The notes under the pieces: model-generated
What the model was told of the DNA's origin: nothing
The model's database searches: none
Seen by the model: only the letters and a program-made list of their open reading frames with translations
From: Octopus vulgaris
Taxonomy: Eukaryota
NCBI GenBank assembly: GCA_951406725.2
Contig: OX597832.1
Location: forward strand, 44,826,001-44,890,000
DNA length: 64,000 bases
Direction of reading: 5' to 3'
Position numbers and translations under genes: made by a program
Shown here: positions 12,524 to 24,267 of the stretch, one piece after another
How positions within the stretch are numbered: position 1 is the stretch's first letter
Layout: every line of letters begins with the position of its first letter

Positions 12524-12756
12524 TAAGGGTAGAAATTGATATTTATCAATTAAGACCAGTGGTCTAGCATATTAAAAAAGAATCCGAAGATTAAAATATT
12601 TATATATACCAATTAAGGACTGAACACGAAAAGTGGACAGTCAACATGCTAGATATAGACGTCAAATCGTCATTCACCACATAATCTTTTGTGGTGAATG
12701 ACGATTTGACGTCTATATCTAGCATGTTGACTGTCCACTTTTCGTGTTCATCCTTA

Positions 12757-12819
<63 letters not shown>

Positions 12820-13038
12820 GTATGTGTGTGTTTGCGTGTCTGTGTTTGTCCCCCCAACATCACTTGACAGCCAATGCTGATGTGTTTACGTCCTCGTAAC
12901 TTAGTGGCTCGGTAAAAGGAGCCCAATAGAATAAGTACTGGGCTTACAATGAATAAGTCCTGGGGTCGATTTGCTCGACTAAAGGCGGTGCTCCACCATG
13001 GCCGCAGTCAAATGACTGAAACAAAACAAGTAAAGAGT
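12290..13038 (+). mobile_element. SINE family A interrupted in its (TA)n by a fold-back insertion (12515-12760)
   Basis: Head at 12290-12470; body resumes ~12820; tail to ~13038. Confidence 0.88.
12610..12760. repeat. Near-perfect inverted repeat (72/71-bp arms, 8-nt loop)
   Basis: Arms 12610-12681 and 12690-12760 are complementary except for one bulged C. Confidence 0.97.
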
Positions 13039-13369
13039 ATATGAAAGGAATCCCATTCATGGGCTATTATGCATTTTGATGAACAACTCACAAACATTAG
13101 ATAACGAGTTTCTCTTGTTCATTACTGAAGAAGCGTTGCAATTACTGTAATATAATTAGTCTGACACGAAAGATATTATAGGCTTAGTGCTTAGGGTGGT
13201 AGACTCATGATCATAAGATTGTGGGTTCAATTCCTAGGTCAGGTGGAGCAAGGCTCTTCAATTGACATGATTCCAATCTATTCAACTGAAAATGTATACC
13301 AACCAAGTGCTTGGGCATCTCTCTCCCTCTCACTCTCTTGCTGTCGCATCCTGGATGTTCTCTTAACCC

Positions 13370-13840
13370 TCATCATCATCGTTCAGCGTCCGCTGTCCAT
13401 GCTGGCATGGGTTGGACGGTTCGACTGGGGTCTGGGAAGCCCGAAGGCTGCACCAGGCCCAGTCTGATCTGGCAGTGTTTCTACAGCTGGATGCCCTTCC
13501 TAATGCCAACCACTCCGTGAGTGTAGTGGGTGCTTTTTATGTGCCACCGACACAGGTGCCAGACGAGGCTGGCAAACGGCCACGCTCGGATGGTGTTTTT
13601 TATGTGCCACCGACACAGGTGCCAGACGAGGCTGGCGAATGGCCACGCTCGGATGGTGTTTTTTATGTGCCACCGACACAGGTGACAGACGAGGCTGGCG
13701 AACGGCCACGCTCGGATGGTGTTTTTTATGTGCCACCGACACAGGTGACAGACGAGGCTGGCGAACGGCCACGCTCGGATGGTGTTTTTTATGTGCCACC
13801 GACACAGGTGCCAGACGAGGCTGGCGAATGGCCACGCTCA
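13370..13840 (-). mobile_element. Family C retroposon with internal 63-bp tandem repeat (~5 copies)
   Basis: (CAT)n start, family C body, then TTTTATGTGCCACCGACACAGG... every 63 bp. Confidence 0.9.
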
Positions 13841-13869
13841 TGGCTAGGAAAGTTAAGAGGATTATTATT

Positions 13870-14235
13870 ATTTTTTTTTTATCTAGTTTCAGCTCACGAG
13901 CTGTGGCCATGCTGGGGCACCGCCATTTGGTGTTGCTACATGATCTTACTTCACGAATGCTTTTTAGCAATTGCCATTTGGTTCATGAGAGAGTTCGATG
14001 CAGCTGCCCTCACCTGCACCTCCTGTCGTGAAGTTGGTTCATCTGGGACACCTGACAAGAAGAAATCCAGTTTCATTTTAAAGACATCTGCATCCACCCC
14101 ATGCAGGTCTCTTAAGTTCTTCAGGAGGATATTGAAGAGCTGTGGACCTCTGAAGCCCAGGCTATCACAGTATCTTGTCCTACATCTTGATGGCAAATTT
14201 GGAGTCCTTGGCACTATGCAGCGGCGCCCAGTTCT
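13870..14235 (-). mobile_element. CR1/L2-group LINE 3' end (ORF2 C-terminus + 3' UTR)
   Basis: SLGFRGPQLFNILLKNLRDL...FKMKLDFFLSGVPDEP; A-rich tail; homolog at 58250-58445. Confidence 0.8.
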
Positions 14236-14529
14236 AGTATTTGGTTGGTTATGTATTTTAGGATGGTTATGTTTGCGTAAGATTATACAGGCACCAAAAC
14301 AATTAAGGAAAGCATGGTATATGCTTAAGACAAAATATTTTTATCTTTCTCTTCATTCAGCAAACTATTTATTGAAGGGATCTTTAGGATTCCTGTTGTT
14401 GATATGGTACTTTGGAAGGAACCTTGAATTTCAGCACCTCAGAATTAGTTGTTATATAATAACCAAATCCAAAATCATCTAAAAATCCAATTCTACTTTT
14501 ACACGAGCCAATTATTATTATTATTATTT

Positions 14530-14675
14530 TTCTGAGTTCAAATGCCGCTGGGGCTGACTTTGCCTTTAATTCTTTTGGGGTCCATAAAATAAGTACCAGT
14601 TGAACATTGGGGGCTGATGTAATCAACTTACTTCCTTCCCTAAAATTTCAGGCCTTGTGCCTATAGTAGAAAGGA
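14530..14675 (+). mobile_element. SINE family B, diverged fragment
   Basis: TTCTGAGTTCAAAT...GACTTTGCCTTT...AAGTACCAGTT motif. Confidence 0.75.
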
Positions 14676-14783
14676 TCATCATCATCATCATCATCATCAT
14701 TTTTCTCCTCATCATCATCATCATTATTATTATTGTTGTTGTTGTTATCATTATTATTATTATTATTGTTATTGTTATTGTTG

Positions 14784-14847
<64 letters not shown>

Positions 14848-14872
14848 CATTATTATTATCATCATTATTATT

Positions 14873-14931
<59 letters not shown>

Positions 14932-14944
14932 TATTATTATTATT

Positions 14945-15039
<95 letters not shown>

Positions 15040-15100
15040 CATCATCATCATCATCATCATCATTATTATTATTATCATCATCATCATCATCATCATCATC

Positions 15101-15144
<44 letters not shown>

Positions 15145-15195
15145 CATTATTATCATTATTATTATCATTATCATTATTATTATTAATATTAATAT

Positions 15196-15243
<48 letters not shown>
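14675..15243. repeat. Compound (ATT/ATC)n microsatellite
   Basis: Seen directly in the sequence. Confidence 0.97.
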
Positions 15244-15821
15244 ATTAGCTGAGAAGGATACACTTAATATAACATAATCCAAGAAACATTTAACGAAAGA
15301 AAGATGGATCGACTGGACTGCGAAGAACAGCTAGAAAGCCTTTGTTTGAAACTGACCTGGAGCTAAGCAACAACAACAACAACAACACCACCACCAACCA
15401 CTTGCAGTGCATACTTAGAGCTAGCGGCGGCGGCGGCAGGTGGGTGTGTGTGTGTGTGTGTGTGTGTGTGCTTAGTCAACGGGACGTCAAGTGTTTTTAC
15501 CGTCACCTTGTCACCCTAACAGGTTGACTGCTAATCCATTGATTTATAGACTTCTGGACACTCAGTTCAATAAAGGTGTATTATAAGAGAATAAAACCTC
15601 CCTGTCCATCCCTCTTCTTACCGCATCCTCTCCATCTCCATAGTCGCACCTTAAATTTCTCCTCTCTATTTGCATCAGGTGTAATAGTGTCCACTTCACA
15701 TCACTAAATACAGGTGTAAAGTCAACAAACAGCTGTTAATTTTTGACGGGTGATTATATCAACACTGAATGACAAACTAAGATTGCTACACTTCACATCG
15801 GCAATGGCTGCTGCAGCTACC

Positions 15822-15835
15822 GTTTCCATGGTAAC
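15822..15835. promoter_or_regulatory. Candidate RFX X-box GTTTCCATGGTAAC
   Basis: Matches the consensus GTTNCCATGGNAAC in non-repetitive sequence; motif match only. Confidence 0.35.
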
Positions 15836-15901
15836 GTATCATTAAGATGGCAGTGATGACATACTGATGGTGATAACAGTGGTTGATGCTGGAGAGGGTG
15901 C

Positions 15902-16400
15902 GATGGCATTGAAAGGGGATGTGGAGTCAGTGGTGTTGACGGTGGAGGTGGATGCGGTGGTGGTGGTGGTGGTGGTGGTGGTGGTGATAGTAGTGGTTGT
16001 AGTAGTATTGGTAGTAGTGGAGATGGTGGTTGTGGTGGTGGTATTGATGATAGTAGTGATGGCATTGAAAGGGGAGGTGGATTCAGTGGTGTTGACGGTG
16101 GAGGTGGATGCGGTGGTGGTGGTGGTGGTGATAGTAGTGGTTGTAGTAGTATTGGTAGTAGTGGGGATGGTGGTTGTGGCGGTGGTATTGATGGTAGTAG
16201 TGATGGCATTGAAAGGGGAGGTGGATTCAGTGGTGTTGACGGTGGGGGTGGATGCGGTGGTGGTGGTGGTGGTGATAGTAGTGGTTGTAGTAGTATTGGT
16301 AGTAGTGGGGATGGTGGTTGTGGCGGTGGTATTGATGGTAGTAGTGATGGCATTGAAAGGGGAGGTGGATTCAGTGGTGTTGACGGTGGGGGTGGTTAGC
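15902..16400. repeat. Minisatellite of 144-156-bp units built on (GGT/AGT)n
   Basis: GATGGCATTGAAAGGGG anchor at 15902, 16058, 16202, 16346. Confidence 0.92.
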
Positions 16401-16696
16401 AGTGGTGCTGGTTGTAGTACTGGTGGTTGTGGAAGTAGTACTGGTGGTTGTGGAAGTAGTGGTGATGGTAGTGGTGGTGGTTGTAGTATGGTGGTGGTTG
16501 TAGTGGTGATGGTGATAATCGTGGTAGTGATGGTAGTTGTGTTGGTGGTGATGGTGGTTGTAGTGGTAGTAGTGGTGGTGATAGTGGTACACATAATGGT
16601 GGTGGTTGTAGTGATATTAGTGGTGGTGGTGGTAATAGTAGTGGTGGTGGTGATGGTAGTTGTGGTGGTGGTATTGATGGTGGTGTTGGTGCTAGC

Positions 16697-16790
16697 AGAG
16701 AGAGAGAAAGAGAGAGAGAGAAAGAGAGAAAGAGAAAGAGAGAGAGAGAAAGAGAGAGAAAGAGAAAGAGAGAAAGAGAGAGAGAGAGAA

Positions 16791-16822
<32 letters not shown>

Positions 16823-16823
16823 T

Positions 16824-16860
<37 letters not shown>

Positions 16861-16865
16861 AGAGA

Positions 16866-16911
<46 letters not shown>

Positions 16912-17004
16912 AAAAGAGAGAGAGAGAAAGAGAGAGAGAAAGAGAAAGAGAGAAAGAGAAAGAAAGAGAAAGAGAGAGAGAGAGAAAGAGGGAAAGAAAG
17001 AGAA

Positions 17005-17035
<31 letters not shown>
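16697..17035. repeat. (GA)n microsatellite
   Basis: Seen directly in the sequence. Confidence 0.97.
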
Positions 17036-17036
<1 letters not shown>

Positions 17037-17117
17037 GCGGATTGACACAAAAAAAAACAGTTAATAAAAGATATATGTAGTTATACATATATTATACACA
17101 TACACTTTTGTGCACAG

Positions 17118-17155
<38 letters not shown>

Positions 17156-17619
17156 GTGTGTGCGTGTGTGTGTGTGATCATCATCATCATTTAACGTCCG
17201 CTTTCCACGCTGGCATGGGTTGGACATGATAAAAAGCATTAATTTTGGCAGAATAATGTGAATGCTAAAGGGTTAAAGTGATTTCTTTTGTGTTGTAGCC
17301 CATTTACTATTTCTGTGGTATTTCCCTTCCTTTCATACCCTAAGCATGTGCTTATCTTGTTCAATGGTTAACCTAGTGCTGGGTGAGTTGTTCCTAAATT
17401 GTGTTGCTGATAGGTGGACATTTCAAAGTTGGGTGCTATGGCTACTGATATAACACAGTGTAGAAGTTACAATATGAACCACTGACCTCTAAGTTGAATA
17501 TCCTCAACCATATCCACTTTGCTATCCATCCTCTCAGTTATTTATAGATACCAGTTGTTGTCATTGGCATTTCCATCATTGTCATCATGTTGTTGTTGCT
17601 GCGGTTGTTGCTGTTGCTG

Positions 17620-17987
17620 TTGAGCGAAGGGTCTTTGTCCCAGAGCTCGCAAGATGGGAGAAGTCCGAAACGTGGTCCTTTGTTATTCGTAAGACCCGCA
17701 GAAGAGAAAGCAGGTCAACCACCGACACCGAGAGCATCGACGGATGGATGAATACGCATCCAGGCTCAGCGGTTGCGTAGGAAGTCGGGGACAAGAAACA
17801 GGAAGAGAGAGTGAGAGAAAGTTGGAGCGAAAGAGTACAACAGGGGTCGCCACCACCCCCTGCTGGAGCCTCGTGGAGCTTTAGGTGTTTTCACTTAATA
17901 AACACACACAACGCCCGGTCTGGGAATCGAAACTGCGATCCTCTGACCGCGAGTCCGCTGCCCTAACAATTGGGCCATTGTGCCCCC
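17620..17987 (-). mobile_element. SINE family D, alternative 3' module with (CAA/CAG)n tail
   Basis: Head shared with 5179-5570; different 3' half. Confidence 0.85.
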
Positions 17988-18237
17988 TGTTGTAGTTGTT
18001 GCTGTTGTCTTGTCACCATCATGTGAGCAGTGTTCTTCATTTCCAATCTTCTGTGAAAACATTTGGCCATGAGGGGGAAATATTCCCTTGCTTAGAAACT
18101 GGTGGAAGGCTGGTGGTGCCAGGAAGGGCAGCTGGCCATAATACATTCTTCGAAACAAATTCTGTGCGATCCATGTGAGCATGGAAAAGTGGACATTAAA
18201 ATGGTTATCACACACCCACCCACACACATGTCTATAT

Positions 18238-18294
<57 letters not shown>

Positions 18295-18296
<2 letters not shown>

Positions 18297-18600
18297 GGCA
18301 CAATGGCCCAATGGTTTGGGCAGCGGACTTTTGATTGTAGAATCGCGGTTTCGATTCCCAGACCGGGCGTTGAGGTTGTTTATTGAGCGAAAACACCTAA
18401 AGCTCTATGAGGATCTGGCAGTGGGTGGTGGCGATCCCTGCTGTACTCTTTCGCTACAACTTCTCTCACTCTTTCTTCTGTTGGGCTGCTCACTTAACCA
18501 GCAGGGTGGCGTCATTTGAAGGCTAAAACAATGCGAAGCACATTGTGACCAGCGATGTGTTGCAATATTTGATAGCTTGGTTGGTCACGTGATCACGTGA
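18295..18600 (+). mobile_element. SINE family D, 3' module ending GGTCACGTGA
   Basis: Same module as 57612-57891. Confidence 0.85.
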
Positions 18601-18736
18601 TATATATATTTATATATATGTTGTGAGCTGGTGACACTATATAAATACAGGGTAAAAATTATAAAATTAATAATTTATACCAGTGGTTAGCATGTGTAGT
18701 AAAAGTCAGAGGGCATAAATATTTTTATATATAATA

Positions 18737-18966
18737 GTGTATAAGAATTTATACATGGAGAGAAGACCACTATGTGGACTCCTTACATGCTAGATAGAGC
18801 AGTCAAAACCCAAACCATGAAAAAAACTTTCTTACTTATTGTATTCTTACTTAAACAACTTGCAATAAGTAAGAATGTTTTTTTGTGGTTTGGGTCTCGA
18901 CTGCACTCTCTAGCATGTAAGGAGTCCACATGGTGATGTTCTCTCTGCGAATAAATTCTTATATAC
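18737..18966. repeat. Diverged inverted repeat (~104-bp arms) in a Penelope-like terminal fragment
   Basis: Arms 18737-18841 / 18863-18966; upstream segment resembles 12520-12680. Confidence 0.85.
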
Positions 18967-19573
18967 TTCCATGTATGTTTACATATATGTATATATGATG
19001 GCCAGATTCTTTGTGCATACGTCTGAGTCTATGACTGCATTTGAGGAGGATGTCATAACAAAGAAAAATTAGTCATATGCAGATGCCAAAAATAGTAAGA
19101 GAGCATTGCAAGTGTTCGTATAATCACAGCTAAATTACATTATGATTGTTTGATTTCGGTAACTGATTGGTCTGTAAATAATCAAAAGATTGATCAATAT
19201 GTTCAATAAATGCTCTTTTGAATAGGAACAGGAAAAAGCCTAATTGTGCTTCAGATAATTTTTAATGGTCTGATCAGGTCTCCGTTGACCATTTTGTCTC
19301 GGCAAAGGAATAATAATTAAAAAAAAAAAATGGAAGAACAAGACTCAAATATACTTATGGAGTGAATTTCATTCAATAATCTTTTTCTCTGGTTTCAGTC
19401 ATTGAGTTTTTATTGATCGTATTGACACAAATACTTATTCCAGTCTGGTGCTTTATGCCATTGAAGTCTATTTGTCAAGCTGTTAAGGGACGCGACATGA
19501 ATAAGACCAGTTTTAGACCACCCTAAGCAGAAACATCAACACTGACATGTAGATATGTATGTGTATATGTGCA

Positions 19574-19614
<41 letters not shown>

Positions 19615-19722
19615 GTACGTTTAAATATTTGTTGTGCAAGATTTTTTATTGGCTAAACTGGCAATATGACCATTCCGAAATATAACAATATATATATATG
19701 TATATATATATATATATCTATT

Positions 19723-19755
<33 letters not shown>

Positions 19756-19760
19756 CTATT

Positions 19761-19791
<31 letters not shown>

Positions 19792-19803
19792 GTGTGTATA
19801 TAT

Positions 19804-19895
<92 letters not shown>

Positions 19896-20048
19896 ATACG
19901 ATATAGTGTATATTTAAACACACAGAGAATCCACTTATAGGGATTCTTCGTGCTAGAAAGAACAGCTAGGTTCTATAACCACAAAAAAATTGGGATAAAA
20001 ATTCGACAGGAATAAATTTGGAAATGAAAAACATTTACCATCTAGTTT

Positions 20049-20122
20049 CCTGGACCAATTGGTTTCTAATCATCTTTTAGCGAGTCAAGGAGAACTCACA
20101 AGGCTTGATTTTCTTCAGCAGG
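20049..20122 (-). ncRNA. Type I hammerhead ribozyme motif, GUC cleavage triplet, palindromic stem III
   Basis: Minus strand: CCTG-CTGAAGA-AAATCA...GTGAGT..ACTCGC...TGATTA-GAAA-CCAATTGG-TC-CAGG; A-A mismatch at the base of stem II. Confidence 0.7.
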
Positions 20123-20209
20123 TCCAACCTAGTGGATATGTTTAACACTAGGTTGGACCTGCTGAAGAAATATCTATCTATCTATCTATATATATATATG
20201 TATATATAG

Positions 20210-20430
20210 TGAAGGTGCATGGTTCAGTGGTTAGAGCGTTGGGCTCACAATCATGAGGTATTCAGTTCGATTCCCAGGGCATGCTGTGTGTTGTTTTCTT
20301 GAGCAAGACACTTTATTTCATGTTGCTCCAGTTCACTCAGCTGTAGAAATGAGTTGCAATGTCATTGGTGCCAAGCTGTATTGGCCTTTGCCTCTCTCTC
20401 TTGGATTACATCAGTGCGTGGTGAGCTGAG
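20210..20430 (+). mobile_element. tRNA-derived SINE, family E (CORE-like central block)
   Basis: A box TGGTTCAGTGG, B box AGTTCGATTCC, then CTTGAGCAAGACACTT...CAGCTGTAGAAATG. Confidence 0.75.
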
Positions 20431-20439
20431 CCATCCTGG

Positions 20440-20728
20440 GGTACAGAGGATTCGCTATCTAGACTAGGGTCTGAAAGTTTACCACACCATAGTGGGTTAC
20501 ACCATGGTTCCTCTGCTTTGTGGCAGAAGTAGGAAGAAAGAGTGGGAGAAAGTTGCCGTGAAAGAATACAGCAGGGTTCATCCCACCCCACATCCCCCAC
20601 TCCGCTGGAGCCTCGTGGAACTTAGGTGTTTTTGCTCAATAAACACACACAACGCCTGGTCTGGGAATTGAAACTGCGATCCTCCAACCGCGAGTCCACT
20701 GCCCTAACCATTGGGCCATTGCACCTCC
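20440..20728 (-). mobile_element. SINE family D, a further 3' module
   Basis: Shared head and core; distinct tail. Confidence 0.8.
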
Positions 20729-20849
20729 TGCTGTGTCTACTGTTGCTGTTATTAAAGTAATCATGACTATTGTCTTAGATTTTTTAATTGCATTTATCTT
20801 GTTAAATGTATCTCACTGTTCAAAGACATAAATATATTTATAAATACAT

Positions 20850-21340
20850 GCATGCATACATAATTGCATACATATACATATGCATGCATCCATACTTACA
20901 TCTATGCATGTTTGTATTTAACCTTACATACTTACATACATACCTGTGTAAATACGTATTTACATAAATACATACATACATGCATACATACATACATACA
21001 TGCATGCATTCATACATAGATGCATGCGTGCATGCATACATACATACATACATACAAACATACATACGTACATATGTACATACATACATAATACATACAT
21101 TCATACATACACACATGCATACATATATACATACATACATACATACACACGTGCATACATACATACATACACACATGCATACATACATACATACATACAA
21201 ACATACATACATACATACATACATACATACTTAGATACATGCATACATACATACATACAAACATACATACATACATACACACATCCATACATACATACAT
21301 ACATGCGTGCACACATACATATATATCTATATATATACAT
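20850..21340. repeat. (TACA)n degenerate microsatellite
   Basis: Seen directly in the sequence. Confidence 0.95.
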
Positions 21341-21837
21341 TGACACATTAATGGATTCAAGCATAAATACATACACAGTTACATAGATCCATACGCGATA
21401 TCACCATTGCAATGGTTAGCTCAACATTCAAATTTATGCGATTGCAGCTTGCATCAAGGCAACACTCCATGCTGTTACGGAAGAATTGAGCCGCAGAATT
21501 CGCATAACATCACACTGAAATATTTCCACTTAATTATCTAAACATTAAAATATACTTTATCATACATAAACAAGCAAATGATTCAAATTAGTACTTTAGA
21601 GAAAACTCCCCAGGTGTTATACAAGTAACTAAATATGTACACCTGAATGCAATTGTTGAATTAAAAACAATCTTAAACGAAAAAAAAAATCTCAAGCTGT
21701 GAATAACTTTAAATTTAATCGTGACTAAAATTTGTTGAAACTTTAAAAGATTGTAATCATCTATTTGAAATTACAAATTTAAAAAAACAGTAAAGAGAGA
21801 AAACCATAGTTAAAACCATAAGTTTTACTTTTACCAG

Positions 21838-22255
21838 TTGTTAGTTAGTTAGTTAATGTTTTGGCTCAAAAAGCAAAAAGCAAGGCCATGTAGGGGGACA
21901 TGGAGTTATGTACAGGGAGGGTGTTCATGCAAAGAGTTCAGGCCATTTCTGGTCAAGGGAGACTTTGAACCGAGCGGTCGTCGGCATCTTCACTATCTCG
22001 TCCGGCAGCTTATTCCACGGATCCGCAACCCGGACGGAGAAAGCCCCTCTCCTTCGATTGAGATGAAATCGTCGCAGATAGAGCTTTTCGGAATGACCCC
22101 GCAGCCGACACTCTGGAGCAGGAGTGAAGAACAGCTCTTTCGAGAGGTTACACTTTCCGCTTATGATGTTGTGAGCGAGAATGATGTCACAACAGCGGTG
22201 GCGTTTTTCTAGAGAATAAATGTCGAGCGTCTTCAGCCTTTCTTCAACTGCATCT
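21838..22255 (-). mobile_element. CR1-clade LINE 3' end with (TAAC)n tail
   Basis: ERLKTLDIYSLEKR...LRGHSEKL...FSVRVADPWNKLP...FKVSLD, a typical CR1 ORF2 C-terminus. Confidence 0.88.
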
Positions 22256-22264
22256 GCAGGATAA

Positions 22265-22306
<42 letters not shown>

Positions 22307-22394
22307 TGTGTACAGTGCTCAGGTGCACTACAACTCATCTAAAGTGTATATATAATCAGGTGTAGTTTCGGCGGATTTCGGAAAGCATGAGGGC
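22265..22394 (-). mobile_element. CR1-like LINE extreme 3' fragment with (TTA)n tail
   Basis: Near-identical to 53636-53745. Confidence 0.8.
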
Positions 22395-22808
22395 GGTGTT
22401 AACATCTTAATAAAGAATTATAGGGGGTCATATTATACAATCTGAACGTAAACATTATGGATTCATGCAGAGATTGTTTGGCATGGGTATAGCTATGTGG
22501 TTAAGAAGTTAACTTTGCAACCATATGGTCTGGGGTTCTGTCCCCACTGTGTGGCACCTTGGGCAAATATTTTCTATTACAGTCTCAGGTTGTGTAAGTG
22601 AGCGGATTTGGTTGATGGAAACTCTACGGAAGTCAGGCATGTGTGTGTGTGTGTGTGTTTGTGTTTGTCTCCCACCACCACTTAACATCCAGTGTTTGTT
22701 TATTTGCATCGATGTTAACTTGAAAATGAAAACCTCATCAATAAACTTGAGAGACACAAGACACATAAAGAAAGATATAAAGATATACGACAAAAAAAGA
22801 AAAAATAT

Positions 22809-23350
22809 CAGGAGTGGCTGTGTGGTAAATAGCTTGCTTACCAACCACATGGTTCCGGGTTCATTCCCACTGCGTGGCACCTTGGGCAAGTGTATTCTAC
22901 TATAGCCTCGGACCGACCAAAGCCTTGTGAGTGGATTTGGTAGACGGAAACTGAAAGAAGCCCGTCATATATATGTATATATGTATGTATGTGTATATGT
23001 TGGTGTGAAATGCTTTGCGGTATTTCGTCGGCCGCTGCGTTCTGAGTTTAAATTCCGCCGAGGTCGACTTTGCCTTTCATCCTTTCGGGGTTGATAAATT
23101 AAGTACCAGTTACACACTGGGGTCGTTGTAATCGACTTAATTCGTTTGTCCCCTCTATGTTTAGCCCCTTGTGGGTAATAAGGAAACATATATGTTGGTG
23201 TGTCTGTGTTTGTCCGCCCAACATCGCTTGACAACCGATGCTGGTGTGTTTACGTCCCCATAACCTAGTGGTTCGGCAAAAGAGACCAATAGAATAAGTA
23301 CTAGGCTTCCAAAGAATAAGTCCTGGGGTCGATTTGCTCGACTAGGGTCG
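22809..23350 (+). mobile_element. SINE family A carrying a nested family B insertion
   Basis: Family A resumes after 23202. Confidence 0.88.
23008..23188 (+). mobile_element. SINE family B, 5'-truncated, 14-bp TSD
   Basis: TSD TATATGTTGGTGTG at 22994-23007 and 23189-23202. Confidence 0.9.
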
Positions 23351-23489
23351 ATTTGTCTCAGATATAATGATCACTTATAGTATACGGCTTATAATCTATA
23401 TTTTTCTTCCAAGAATCATAGTTCAGCCATAGTCTTGCATGTATTCTAAAACCGAAAGTGTGTTTTAGGCACTGGGTTAGCAGGTACTT

Positions 23490-23600
23490 TTTTCAATGGT
23501 CCATAGATGTCTTCTTTCTCTTGTATTCTTCTTCTTACAACATTGGCATCAATTGGACAGCTGAATTCAACAACGGAGCAGTTATTTTTAGTTACAAAGA
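23490..23600 (-). pseudogene. Decayed RLE-domain fragment of a non-LTR retrotransposon
   Basis: Manual translation NNCSVVEFSCPIDANVVRRRIQEKEDIYGPL resembles the E..P...K...Y segment of RLE endonucleases. Confidence 0.5.
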
Positions 23601-23719
23601 ATAATTGCATGATGGTTAATTTTAGTAAATTTGTAATTTATTTTTCTCAGTTCTGCCAATATATATACACACACACATATGTAAATATATCAATATTATA
23701 TATAGATATAGATATAGAT

Positions 23720-24221
23720 ATATGAATGTATGTATGTATGTACGTATGTATGCATGTATGTATGTGTGTATGTATGTATGCATGTATGTATGTATGTGTG
23801 TATGTATGTATGTATGTATGTATGTATGTATGTATGTATGTGTATGTATGTATGTATGTATGTATGTATGTATGTATGTATGTATGTATGTATGTATGTA
23901 TGTATGTATGTGTGTAAGTATGTATGTATATATGTGTGTGTGTGTATGTATGTATGTATGTATGCATGCATGCATGTATGTATGTATGTATGTATGTGTG
24001 TATGTATGTATGTATGTATTTATGTATGTGTGTGTGTACGTATGTATGTATGTATGTATGTGTGTGTATGTATGCATGTATGTATGCATGCATGTATGTA
24101 TGTATGTATGTATGTATGTATGTGTGTAAGTATGTATGTATATATGTGTGTGTGTGTATGTATGTATGCATGCATGTATGTATGTATGTATGTATGTATG
24201 TATGTATGTATGCATACATAT

Positions 24222-24265
<44 letters not shown>
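23720..24265. repeat. (TATG)n and (CA)n microsatellites
   Basis: Seen directly in the sequence. Confidence 0.97.

Positions 24266-24267
<2 letters not shown>

Noticed and set aside
13412-14482. 356-aa ORF with 21-aa repeats
   Set aside because: It is stitched from a family C VNTR and the antisense strand of a LINE fragment; not a gene.
14623-15282. Poly-Ile/Met/Leu ORFs, and similar YI/MYVC/HT ORFs throughout the window
   Set aside because: They are translations of stop-free microsatellites.
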